Shown one piece after another: positions 8,639-17,993 of a stretch of DNA of 64,000 bases (its first letter is position 1; every line of letters starts with the position of its first letter). This stretch comes from Bacteroidales bacterium (GTDB lineage: Bacteria > Bacteroidota > Bacteroidia > Bacteroidales > UBA4417), in the NCBI GenBank assembly GCA_963665485.1, contig OY762227.1, positions 876,440 through 940,439 on the forward strand, written 5' to 3'. A program made the position numbers and the translations under genes. The notes beneath the pieces are model-generated. The model saw nothing but the letters and a program-made list of their open reading frames with translations. It searched no databases and was not told the origin of the DNA.

Positions 8639-9226
8639 ATGATATCAGAAAAACAAAAACTGATTAATTTGATCAGGCAGACCATGCCAATGTCTGACAA
8701 TATAGCCAGTGAGATAGCAGAAAATTTCGAACCAGTTTCTTTAAATAAAAATGATTTATTGTTAAAGGAAGGATCGGTATGCAACGATTACTTTTTTCTT
8801 GAGCAAGGATTTATGAGAGCTTATACCTTTGACACGGAAGGAAATGAAGTTACAACTAATTTTTATGGACGAAACTCCATCGTGTTTGAAGTTGCATCCT
8901 ATATTAAAAGAACACCATCCCGGGAAAACATCCAGGCATTAACAGATTGTTTTGGCTGGAAAGGAAATTATACCAATCTTCAGAATTTATTTCATACCAG
9001 CCCTGAATTCAGAGGGTTTGCCAGGGTTGTTTTAGTAAATAGTTTTATCGAATTAAAAGAGAGAACACTATCAATGATTAACCTTACAGCCGAAAAAAGG
9101 TATGAGATATTATTAAAATCCAGGCAGGATATTATTCAAAATGTTTCTATTAAGCACATAGCCTCCTTTTTAGGTATAACAGACACTTCTTTAAGCAGAA
9201 TCAGAAAAGAAATTGCCATTAAATAA
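8639..9226 (+). CDS. Crp/Fnr-family transcriptional regulator
   Basis: 195 aa with a cNMP-binding-like beta-roll and a C-terminal HTH (IASFLGITDTSLSRIRKE). Confidence 0.85.
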   Translation: MISEKQKLINLIRQTMPMSDNIASEIAENFEPVSLNKNDLLLKEGSVCNDYFFLEQGFMRAYTFDTEGNEVTTNFYGRNSIVFEVASYIKRTPSRENIQALTDCFGWKGNYTNLQNLFHTSPEFRGFARVVLVNSFIELKERTLSMINLTAEKRYEILLKSRQDIIQNVSIKHIASFLGITDTSLSRIRKEIAIK

Positions 9227-9299
9227 TTTCCTGTCAAATGGCAAGATATCCTTAAAGTAAAATCATGAACATTTGCTCTGTTATTAATTTTATAGAAGC

Positions 9300-9932
9300 A
9301 TGAATAACAGGCAAAAAAATGAGAGAAGATTCTGGGATAAATACGCTTCTTATTACGATTCCTTTATCCGGAATGTTGTAGGTAAAACATACAAATCCAT
9401 TCTTGAAAATATAGATTTGGAATTAAATGCAAATCAGGCTGTACTTGAGATTGGTACCGGGACCGGAATAATTCCGTTTGCTATTTTCTCAAAAGTATCG
9501 TCGATTGTTGCAACGGATATTTCGCCTGATATGATTAAAATCGCCGCTCAGAAGCAAGCCGATTTAAATATCAGGAACATTGATTTCCGGGTTCAGGATT
9601 CATATAACCTGACTTTCCCGGATAATTCGTTTGATGTAGTGATCGCATCCAATTTATTACACTTGCTTTATGAACCGGAGAAGCCAATAGCCGAAGTGAA
9701 AAGAGTATTGAAAGATAACGGAGTTTTTATTGCTCCGACATTTTGCGTGGGTGAAAATCTGAGAAGCAGGGTAATTACAACTATGGCTGGAATAATCAGC
9801 GGATTTAAAATTATAAATAACTGGAGCATCCGGGACTTCAAAGTTATGTTAACAAATAATGGATTGAACATTGTTAAAGTTGTGACGATTGATGGCCGGT
9901 TTCCATTAGTTTATATAGTGCTGAAAAAATAA
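9300..9932 (+). CDS. class I SAM-dependent methyltransferase
   Basis: Motif I VLEIGTGTG, followed by an acidic loop (ATDISPDM) and a post-I/II pattern. Confidence 0.88.
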   Translation: MNNRQKNERRFWDKYASYYDSFIRNVVGKTYKSILENIDLELNANQAVLEIGTGTGIIPFAIFSKVSSIVATDISPDMIKIAAQKQADLNIRNIDFRVQDSYNLTFPDNSFDVVIASNLLHLLYEPEKPIAEVKRVLKDNGVFIAPTFCVGENLRSRVITTMAGIISGFKIINNWSIRDFKVMLTNNGLNIVKVVTIDGRFPLVYIVLKK

Positions 9933-10061
9933 AAAAATGTAATACCATATTGGGCCAAAGTTGATTTTCGTAAGACGTGGATTATAAATATATGTATCAT
10001 TAGTAACTATTTGAAATGTTAACCGTTATACCAATCTAACTCAATTCTAATTAGTTACACA

Positions 10062-11444
10062 ATGAAGAATTCTATCGTTTATTTTATTTCCTTTTTCCTG
10101 GTTTCATATTGCAATGCACAGGAAAACTGTAATTGCGAACAGGCATTGAAACAATTAATCCGGAAAGTAGAAACAGAATATCCCGGGTTTAAAGATAAAA
10201 CGAAGGACAAACTGGTATATACTAATTATAAAGAGACTCTGCTAGTAAATGCCCGGAATATTCAGGAACCAGCTTGTATAGGGTTATTGAGAAGCTATAA
10301 AGATTTCTTTAAAGACGGGCATATTTCCATTTTCCCGGTTGAGGAGGGGAAAAATGTTCAACTAAATAATAATCCGGATAATAAGGTTGCCATCAGCCTG
10401 AAAGAGTTTCAAAAGTTATTGCTCAGCACTACCGATCCATTGGAAGGGGTTTGGAGATCCGGAACCTATAAAGTTGGAATAGTTAAAATGAACAACGAAT
10501 ACCAGGGATTTATTATTGAGGCGGATACTACTTACTGGAAAGCGAATGAAATTAAATTCCGGTTATCCGAAAACGGAAAGGCAAACTACTATTTGCGCGA
10601 TCACTCTTTGTCAGAAGAAACGTATGAACTGGTTAATGGATGGGTTTTGTATTTCAATAACTCTAAGTATTATAAAGAGTTACCAAAGCCAAACCTGTCA
10701 GAAAGTGAAATTAAATCCAGAATAAACGAGATTGAAGGATGCTATTTTAAAAAAGTGTCCCCAAAAACGGTTTTGCTTTGCCTTTCAAGCTTTGAGCATA
10801 ATTATGTTGAACGAATCGGGAAATTATTGGCAGATAACAAGCAGGCAATTGAAAGCAGCGAAAATTTAATTATTGACGTAAGAAATAATCTTGGCGGCAC
10901 CTATGATGCTTATGATGAACTTTTTCCATACATCCTTACAAATAATATCAGGGGTTTAGGAATGGAATTCCTGGTTACGCAAACCTTAATTGATGATATA
11001 GCAAGTTGGTACGATGATGAGGAAGGAAAGAAAAAAGCCAATGAATGGATAACCCTGTTTAAAGGCAAGATGGGTGAATTTGTGAATACCGATACCACCG
11101 ATATTTATATCAATGAAATAAAACCTGCAGAACACAGCCCAAAACAGGTAGTTATACTGGCAAATCGCAGAACGGCCAGTTCCGGAGAGGCATTTGTGTT
11201 TGATGCCAGGCAGAGTAAAAAAGTAAAAATATTGGGCACGCCAACCTATGGTGCCCTGGATTATGGTTCAGCCAGTTTTTTCAGTTTGGGATGCAAAAAT
11301 TATAAACTAATGATGCCAACCTGGAGATCGATGCGACTTCCTGAATATCCAATAGATAACATTGGCATTCAACCGGATATCTACCTGGATAAATCGGTTA
11401 AAGATTGGGTTCAGTTTGCGGTAGATTATCTGGAGAATAATTAA
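10062..11444 (+). CDS. S41-family peptidase (secreted)
   Basis: Signal peptide. IIDVRNNLGG and SSGEAFVF blocks are typical of the S41 tail-specific protease catalytic domain. Confidence 0.78.
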   Translation: MKNSIVYFISFFLVSYCNAQENCNCEQALKQLIRKVETEYPGFKDKTKDKLVYTNYKETLLVNARNIQEPACIGLLRSYKDFFKDGHISIFPVEEGKNVQLNNNPDNKVAISLKEFQKLLLSTTDPLEGVWRSGTYKVGIVKMNNEYQGFIIEADTTYWKANEIKFRLSENGKANYYLRDHSLSEETYELVNGWVLYFNNSKYYKELPKPNLSESEIKSRINEIEGCYFKKVSPKTVLLCLSSFEHNYVERIGKLLADNKQAIESSENLIIDVRNNLGGTYDAYDELFPYILTNNIRGLGMEFLVTQTLIDDIASWYDDEEGKKKANEWITLFKGKMGEFVNTDTTDIYINEIKPAEHSPKQVVILANRRTASSGEAFVFDARQSKKVKILGTPTYGALDYGSASFFSLGCKNYKLMMPTWRSMRLPEYPIDNIGIQPDIYLDKSVKDWVQFAVDYLENN

Positions 11445-11610
11445 GTTTAGTAATTCCTGGCCCTAAGAAATACCAATATAAAACCCTGAAAAAATATATT
11501 CATCAGGCCAACATAAATCCATTGAGTTTGTGTAATTTGCACTAGTTCCCCACTATGACACTTAAATAAGAATATTTTAAGATTTCATTGAACGATTTAA
11601 TACTAAATCG

Positions 11611-12426
11611 ATGTTTGAATACAAAGAATTAAGTGTAACCGAATCCCTGAAATCTTCCATAAATAAACTTTGGATATTCATAAACCATGACACTAAAGCA
11701 ATTGAAGCTAACAAAACTATAGTGCCAAATGGGTTTTTCAATATTGCTTTTATCACCGGTAAAGGCGCAATGGTTACATTCAATACAGAGGTAACTGAAC
11801 TGAAGCATGGCATCTATTTTTGCGGCCAGGCAACCCAGTCCGTTTCAGTTGACATTTTACCCGCAACCAAAGTAATTATGGTCCAGTTATTTCCCTGGAC
11901 AGCTTCCATGTTTACTGATTTTGATATGAAGGAATGCAGGAATAAGATTGTCCCAATAAACCGGATAAATAAGGATTTTGAAAGTGAAGCAGGCACTGTC
12001 AGTCAGGATGACGAAAACAATGTTTTAGATTTTTTACACGAGCAGTTTAATGACTTTTTAACTAAAAATGAACATACTAATTTAGTTCACGAAAGTTGCC
12101 TGATAATTATGAAAAAAGGTGGCCAGGGTTCAATCAACGATCTTAGCCGACAGCTAAACTGCTCTTCACGCCATTTGCAGATTTTATTCCTGAGATACAT
12201 CGGGCTGAGTCCCAAAGAATTTTCCATTATTATCAAAATGCGAAATGCTATCGACGGAATTGCTTATCCATCTGCCACTGCTGAAAGCTCTTTGACAAGT
12301 CTTGCCCTCGACAACGACTTCTACGACCAGGCGCATTTCAATAATGCTTTTAAAAACATTATAAAAACACAACCCCGGAAATTCATTCCGTCCCGATATA
12401 TTTTAGCTTTTAAAAAAAAGGACTAA
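11611..12426 (+). CDS. AraC-family transcriptional regulator
   Basis: C-terminal double HTH with DFYDQAHFNNAFKNIIKTQPRKF, typical of AraC/XylS. Confidence 0.85.
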   Translation: MFEYKELSVTESLKSSINKLWIFINHDTKAIEANKTIVPNGFFNIAFITGKGAMVTFNTEVTELKHGIYFCGQATQSVSVDILPATKVIMVQLFPWTASMFTDFDMKECRNKIVPINRINKDFESEAGTVSQDDENNVLDFLHEQFNDFLTKNEHTNLVHESCLIIMKKGGQGSINDLSRQLNCSSRHLQILFLRYIGLSPKEFSIIIKMRNAIDGIAYPSATAESSLTSLALDNDFYDQAHFNNAFKNIIKTQPRKFIPSRYILAFKKKD

Positions 12427-12497
12427 GGCATTCGCATTTTTACAATTTTTAATGTTTGTATAGCACTTTCTTTGCCCCGTAACCAAAAATAACTCTT

Positions 12498-13742
12498 ATG
12501 AAAATAGCCCTGTTATTCTTAGGATTTGTAATATATACAACATCCTTAATCGGACAGAATATTTCTCAGAAATACTCCGTCTTTATCCGGAAGGCAGACT
12601 CACTGTACCAGGTAAAAGACTATAAGAACTCTGCTCTTATGTTTTCTGATGCTTTTAAGGCACCTGATGCTAAAATAACAATGAATCATCGGTACAACGC
12701 CGCATGTTCCTATGCTTTAGCAAACAATGCGGATAGCGCGTTCTTTCATTTAAATTACATCGCAACAGTAATGAATTACACCAATTACGGGCATATAAAG
12801 TCTGACCCGGATTTAAAATCGTTATACACGGACAGCAGGTGGAAACCCCTGATTGAAATAGTTAAAGCAAATAAAGACAAGGCTTTTGCCAGCTTAGACT
12901 TTATTACTTTAAACGGGTACAAGGTTGAAGTATATACAGCCGGTATGAAGAATAATCAAATTAATAAACCAGTAATCGTATTCGAAAACGGAATGGCCGA
13001 CACCTATGACAGGTGGAAAGCTATAATTGATGAAGTTTCAAAAACAAATGCTGTTTTTGCCTATAACCGTCCAAGAATTGGAGAGTCCATGGACGACAGC
13101 CTGCCTCCAACAACTGAGCATATAGTTACTAATCTGAGAAAGATGCTATCTGAGAAAGGACTAAAACCTCCTTATTTATTGGTATCACATTCTTTTGGCG
13201 GAGCTTATATCAGAAGTTTTGCCTCATACTATCCCAATGAAATTGCGGGTCTGATTTTTATTGATCCTATTGATTTCACGAAAAAGGGTGATATGGGTGA
13301 CCAGCCTTACCTGGAAATCGGGCTTACCCAGCATCAGATTGATTCCCTGTTTGGGCAGCCGTATAAGAATTTTATTGAAAAGCTCTATACGGAAATGCCT
13401 AAGTATTATGTAGAAGAAGTAAAAATATCAAGACAATTGACCAAAACAGATTTTGCAGAGTGCGACCGGAATCCTTTGCCTGACGTACCGGTATATTTTA
13501 TTAAGGCAGGTGGATTTCCTAATTCTGAACCACCAACAATTTATGACAGGGAAAAGATGTGGCGAATTAACAGTAACATCCAGATGAAACGGTGGTTAGA
13601 ACTTTTATATCCCCTGAAATATGGAAAGTTATTTTATTGTTCAAACTCAAGCCATTTTGTTCAGGCGGATGAACCCGACCTGGTAATTTCGAGCATAAAA
13701 CTGGCTTTAACCGATTATGATAAGATTCAAAAAGCTAAATAA
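12498..13742 (+). CDS. secreted alpha/beta hydrolase with N-terminal TPR-like region
   Basis: Signal peptide. Nucleophile elbow VSHSFGGAY, with a late His context (SSHFVQADEP). Confidence 0.78.
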   Translation: MKIALLFLGFVIYTTSLIGQNISQKYSVFIRKADSLYQVKDYKNSALMFSDAFKAPDAKITMNHRYNAACSYALANNADSAFFHLNYIATVMNYTNYGHIKSDPDLKSLYTDSRWKPLIEIVKANKDKAFASLDFITLNGYKVEVYTAGMKNNQINKPVIVFENGMADTYDRWKAIIDEVSKTNAVFAYNRPRIGESMDDSLPPTTEHIVTNLRKMLSEKGLKPPYLLVSHSFGGAYIRSFASYYPNEIAGLIFIDPIDFTKKGDMGDQPYLEIGLTQHQIDSLFGQPYKNFIEKLYTEMPKYYVEEVKISRQLTKTDFAECDRNPLPDVPVYFIKAGGFPNSEPPTIYDREKMWRINSNIQMKRWLELLYPLKYGKLFYCSNSSHFVQADEPDLVISSIKLALTDYDKIQKAK

Positions 13743-13897
13743 ACCAACCGCTACAAACGCTATATGAAATAAGGTTTCATCGGTAATTCAAGCATTCTGC
13801 ATCGCTTAGATATGGTGTAGATGGACAGGAAATTAGCCGACAATCCCTTATTGCATATATTTCCAAACTTTAATCGCTACTAAAAAAATATTGACCT

Positions 13898-14791
13898 ATG
13901 AGAAAGATTATTTTAATGACAATACTTATTGGATTTATTTCATGCAATTCAAAGATTAGTAAAAGAACAAATGTTGCACAGGAGAAAATTGAGGATAACC
14001 AGGAACTTTCTGAAATGTTCAAAAGCGACCAGGCAGATAGAACGAATCATATCGATAGAGTTATATTGCAAAAGAACGATAGCTTAAGAGAAGCAAGAGT
14101 CTATGAATTATTAGATTCAGATAAGGTGCGTACATCATTAGACTATACTAATTCCGCATTGATTTTTCATCATGGAGAAGACTCTGTTGCATATGCTATG
14201 GCTGTAAAACTAATGCGAAAATCTATAGAATTGGATTCAACAAGAAATAAATGGTATCTGGCTGTATTAACTGACAGATATTTATTGAGTATAAATAAAC
14301 CTCAAATTTATGGTACGCATTATAAGAGATTGGATAATAACATTGTTGTGAGAGAAGAACTGGACTCAACAAAAATTACTGACGCTGAAAGAGTAGAATA
14401 TGGTGTGGAAACTTTAGCTGAGCAAAGAGAGAAATTAAAAAATCTGAACCGGAAAAAACTTACAGAATTGCTGGATGAAGGGAAAACCATTGATGAAATA
14501 ATACTAATTGTCAAACAAGGGGAAGGCAAGGAATCTGAATATGATTTACGTGAAAATTGGATTAATAACTTTGGTTATCAACTTCTGAATCAGGGAGACA
14601 AGGAAGAAGCCTTAAAAATATTTAAATTAAATACCGAATTGCATCCAAGTGGTTCTAATGCTTTTGATAGTTACGGAGAGTGTCTTTTAGCATTAGGACA
14701 AAAGGAACAAGCCATTATAGCGTATAAAAAATCTTTAGCATTAAATCCAAAGAATAAAAATGCTGAAAAAATATTATCAGAAATTGAATAA
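13898..14791 (+). CDS. TPR-repeat lipoprotein
   Basis: Lipobox GFISC. The C-terminal TPR module (EEALKIFKLNTELHPSGSNAFDSYGECLLALGQKEQAIIAYKKSL) also occurs in the next gene. Confidence 0.7.
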   Translation: MRKIILMTILIGFISCNSKISKRTNVAQEKIEDNQELSEMFKSDQADRTNHIDRVILQKNDSLREARVYELLDSDKVRTSLDYTNSALIFHHGEDSVAYAMAVKLMRKSIELDSTRNKWYLAVLTDRYLLSINKPQIYGTHYKRLDNNIVVREELDSTKITDAERVEYGVETLAEQREKLKNLNRKKLTELLDEGKTIDEIILIVKQGEGKESEYDLRENWINNFGYQLLNQGDKEEALKIFKLNTELHPSGSNAFDSYGECLLALGQKEQAIIAYKKSLALNPKNKNAEKILSEIE

Positions 14792-14861
14792 CAAAGCATA
14801 ACGTGCGATAAAAAGCTAACAGCTAAAAAAATAAATCTCATTCATTATAATTCAATATACA

Positions 14862-16082
14862 ATGAGAACTTTGAAATTACTGCTAATTATTCTGCTTTTT
14901 GCTGAAACAATATACGCTCAAAACGACGACAATATAGTTATTGCGAAAGGAATCAAAATAAACTCCACTGTATTGGGAGAAGAGCGTATAATTTATGTTT
15001 CTGTTCCCTCTGGTTATGACGATTCGAAGGATTCGTACCAGGTGTTGTATATTCTGGATGGAGTTTCTGAAGCTATTGGCCTTGTAAAATATTTATCAGA
15101 TTATGGAACTTGTCCTCCTTTAATAATAGTTTCTATCGAAGAAGTTAATCCTTCAAGAGACATGTTTCCCTCCAAGCCCAAATATAGCAGGGGAACGCAG
15201 CCAGCAAAACCATGGTACAATAAAAAAGAAGACGACGAACTAAGAGTGTCCCGGCCTGGTGAAAAAATCGGTGAAGCAGATAAATATCTTTCATTTATTG
15301 AGACGGAACTTTTTCCCTTGATCGAAAAGAACTACCGTACAGCCCCTTATCGGATTTGCTGTGGTCACTCGAAAGGTGGTCTTTGCGTAACCCACGCATT
15401 TATTTCACATACAACTATGTTTAACGCCTATATTGCTCTTAATCCTTCTCTTTACTGGGACGATGGTTTGGTTATGAAAACCGCGGAGGAAAAACTCGCA
15501 GGCATGGACTTTAAACACAAACAATTTTATTTTGATATAGGTGGGAACGAAGTACCGTCTACAATTGGCGACGCATTTGATTTTGCCCGGATCATACGGC
15601 AGAATGCATCTTCTGACCTGAGATGGAAACTTGATTTTCTGGCGAATGAAAGCCACAGCAGCGGAACAGCACAAGGAATCATTAATGCACTGAAATTTAT
15701 TTACGAAGACTGGGATTTTAACACCGACAAAATAAAGACAGATGGAATAAGCGCAATCGACAGTTTTTATAAGAATCTTTCAGACAGGTTTGGATACGGG
15801 ATTTCTTACGATGTAAGCCTTTTAAATAAGTATGGATGGGGATATCTGCGTAACGGCCAGTATGAAGAAGCCATTAAAATATTCAAAGAAAATACGTTAA
15901 GGTTCCCTGGTTCACCGGATTCATACAACTATCTGGGGGAGGGATATCTGGCAGCTAAAAATACTGATATGGCAATCAGTAGTTATGAGAAGGCAGTAAA
16001 ACTGGCTGCAAGTTTGAAAGATGATAATAAAGTGGCATTTTTAAAGAGCAGGATTGAAAGCATTAAATCAGGCAAAAAGTAA
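14862..16082 (+). CDS. secreted esterase-family alpha/beta hydrolase with C-terminal TPR module
   Basis: Signal peptide. GHSKGG nucleophile elbow in a putative-esterase-like core. C-terminal TPR module (EEAIKIFKENTLRFPGSPDSYNYLGEGYLA). Confidence 0.78.
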   Translation: MRTLKLLLIILLFAETIYAQNDDNIVIAKGIKINSTVLGEERIIYVSVPSGYDDSKDSYQVLYILDGVSEAIGLVKYLSDYGTCPPLIIVSIEEVNPSRDMFPSKPKYSRGTQPAKPWYNKKEDDELRVSRPGEKIGEADKYLSFIETELFPLIEKNYRTAPYRICCGHSKGGLCVTHAFISHTTMFNAYIALNPSLYWDDGLVMKTAEEKLAGMDFKHKQFYFDIGGNEVPSTIGDAFDFARIIRQNASSDLRWKLDFLANESHSSGTAQGIINALKFIYEDWDFNTDKIKTDGISAIDSFYKNLSDRFGYGISYDVSLLNKYGWGYLRNGQYEEAIKIFKENTLRFPGSPDSYNYLGEGYLAAKNTDMAISSYEKAVKLAASLKDDNKVAFLKSRIESIKSGKK

Positions 16083-16242
16083 AACCTGGCTTTTACCGAT
16101 AAATTAAAATGATTGATTTAAGTACAACTAAAAGCCTCAGGAACCTGGATTAATTAACAGGAAGAAAAGAGACTTATAGTTGTGGCTCACAATCTAATTC
16201 ACTTTTATGAAGTAGCCGCTACATTGAATTACTAATGCAAGA

Positions 16243-16863
16243 TTACTTTATCAATTTCAATCCACTCTGCGCCGAGCTATCGTTAGGCCGGAGAATAAGC
16301 GCGTGATTGAACAATACCCTTGCATCTGCTGATTTGCCGGTACTTAGTTTCGACCAGGCAAGCATTATCACCGAATCGTAATCCAACGGATAAAGATTAA
16401 CTACTTTCTCGAAAAGTTTTGTTGCATTAACAAAGTCTTTGCGGTTATAATAAATAACACCCAGCCAGTAATTGGCAATTGTATTCTGGGGATCAATTTT
16501 AAGTATTTCAACATAGTGAGCCTTAACTTTATCCCAGCTTTCGACTGCGCTAAGCGGTTTTACACAACCAAAACGAGCTTCGATGGCATACGGCTTCAGG
16601 CTTATGGATTTTTCGTAATATTTAATTGATTCGGTGTATTGCTTTGCCAGGTAACAAAGCCATCCAAGCCTTATGTTTACAATATAGCTATCAGCTTTAT
16701 AAATCGTTTTCATGGTATTGATAGCTGCCACATAATTGCCGGATTTCTCCGACTCATAGCTTTTAACAAAAGTTGCCTGGGTGGCAGCGGTATTCTGCGC
16801 CATGATGTATCCGAACATGACGGTTAAGATGGCAGTTAGTGAGATTCTTCTTAAAGTTTCCAT
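16243..16863 (-). CDS. secreted TPR-repeat protein
   Basis: 206 aa with a signal peptide and several 34-residue TPR-like repeats. Overlaps the upstream ORF by 13 nt. Confidence 0.78.
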   Translation of the reverse strand: METLRRISLTAILTVMFGYIMAQNTAATQATFVKSYESEKSGNYVAAINTMKTIYKADSYIVNIRLGWLCYLAKQYTESIKYYEKSISLKPYAIEARFGCVKPLSAVESWDKVKAHYVEILKIDPQNTIANYWLGVIYYNRKDFVNATKLFEKVVNLYPLDYDSVIMLAWSKLSTGKSADARVLFNHALILRPNDSSAQSGLKLIK

Positions 16864-17993
16864 ATTAGTCCTCCTAAAAATGATTGCTGAATGTATTGAT
16901 TTGTGGTTTGCTCCACCTGTTTGGTATCGTAAAGGTAATTCCCGTATAAAGTTAGGTTTTTGTTGAGATTCCAGAATAAAGACAATCCGGTTCTGAACAA
17001 AGTAGGATCAATCGAATTATAAATATAAAGCGCGTTGTGATCATTGTAGTTTTGTATGTTACCAATTGTAACGGTTCCTTCGGCCCAAACTGATTTAAAA
17101 ACACGTGCCCCGGCATATTGAGAGAAAATCAGCCGGTTATTTCCTTTTTCAAGCATACCACTAAGGTACGTATTAAAATAAATATTGGATTTCCCCGGCA
17201 AGGTGACTCCGGCAAGTAAGCCAATTTGTTTGAAATCTCCAATATCATACCTGAAAAATGATCCGTTTACACCCAAAACAAACCGGTTTATGTGGGTCGA
17301 AAGTGATCCAAACACAAGGTTTCCGGGATATTTATATCCATCCAGGCTAGTATTCAGGTGATGATATGCCAGAGAAAGAGATGTATGCGAGGTTATGGAC
17401 CAGTTTACTAAGGCAAAATAGTCAGGCTGTTTTATCAGGGTTGTATCAACTGTTTGCTTATAATTTGATGCCGATTGATAGATTGACAGCCGGTAACCAG
17501 TTTGCGTATAAATTCCTGCGCGGTAATAAGTTGGATTTGAACGGGTGCCGCTGTTATTGCTTTTGTAATTGTATTCCAGGTCAATGGAAGCAATTGGATT
17601 GAACGCGTTAATACCAAGCCTGTTCTTAGTCCCGTCTGAAAGTTTTTTTGCATGAACACGCGCATACGCAATGTTGCCGGTATTTAATCCGCAATAATAG
17701 AGATACTCACGGGTGTCGGGATCAAAAACATCAAATTCCAGCGCTTTTTCATACTGTTTCTGCGAAGCGTAATAATCTGCCTTATTAAAATACGCGTACC
17801 CCATTCGTTGCCTCAGTCGTTTGAAATCTATATTCTGTGCCAAAGCCTGTTTCCCTGTTTTAATCAGATTTTCCCAATCACCAGTCAGATAACACTGATA
17901 CGTTATGCTGTCAGCCGAAGCCTGGGTTAGTGTATCCTGCGCTTTTAGTATCACCGGAAATAGGAGCAGGATGGCAATTATGAGTTTATACAT
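16851..17993 (-). CDS. hypothetical outer-membrane beta-barrel protein with N-terminal TPR-like region
   Basis: 380 aa with a signal peptide. The C-terminal two-thirds has alternating beta-strand patterns and ends ...GGLIWKL (OMP-like terminus). Overlaps the upstream gene by 16 nt. Confidence 0.6.
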   Translation of the reverse strand: MYKLIIAILLLFPVILKAQDTLTQASADSITYQCYLTGDWENLIKTGKQALAQNIDFKRLRQRMGYAYFNKADYYASQKQYEKALEFDVFDPDTREYLYYCGLNTGNIAYARVHAKKLSDGTKNRLGINAFNPIASIDLEYNYKSNNSGTRSNPTYYRAGIYTQTGYRLSIYQSASNYKQTVDTTLIKQPDYFALVNWSITSHTSLSLAYHHLNTSLDGYKYPGNLVFGSLSTHINRFVLGVNGSFFRYDIGDFKQIGLLAGVTLPGKSNIYFNTYLSGMLEKGNNRLIFSQYAGARVFKSVWAEGTVTIGNIQNYNDHNALYIYNSIDPTLFRTGLSLFWNLNKNLTLYGNYLYDTKQVEQTTNQYIQQSFLGGLIWKL

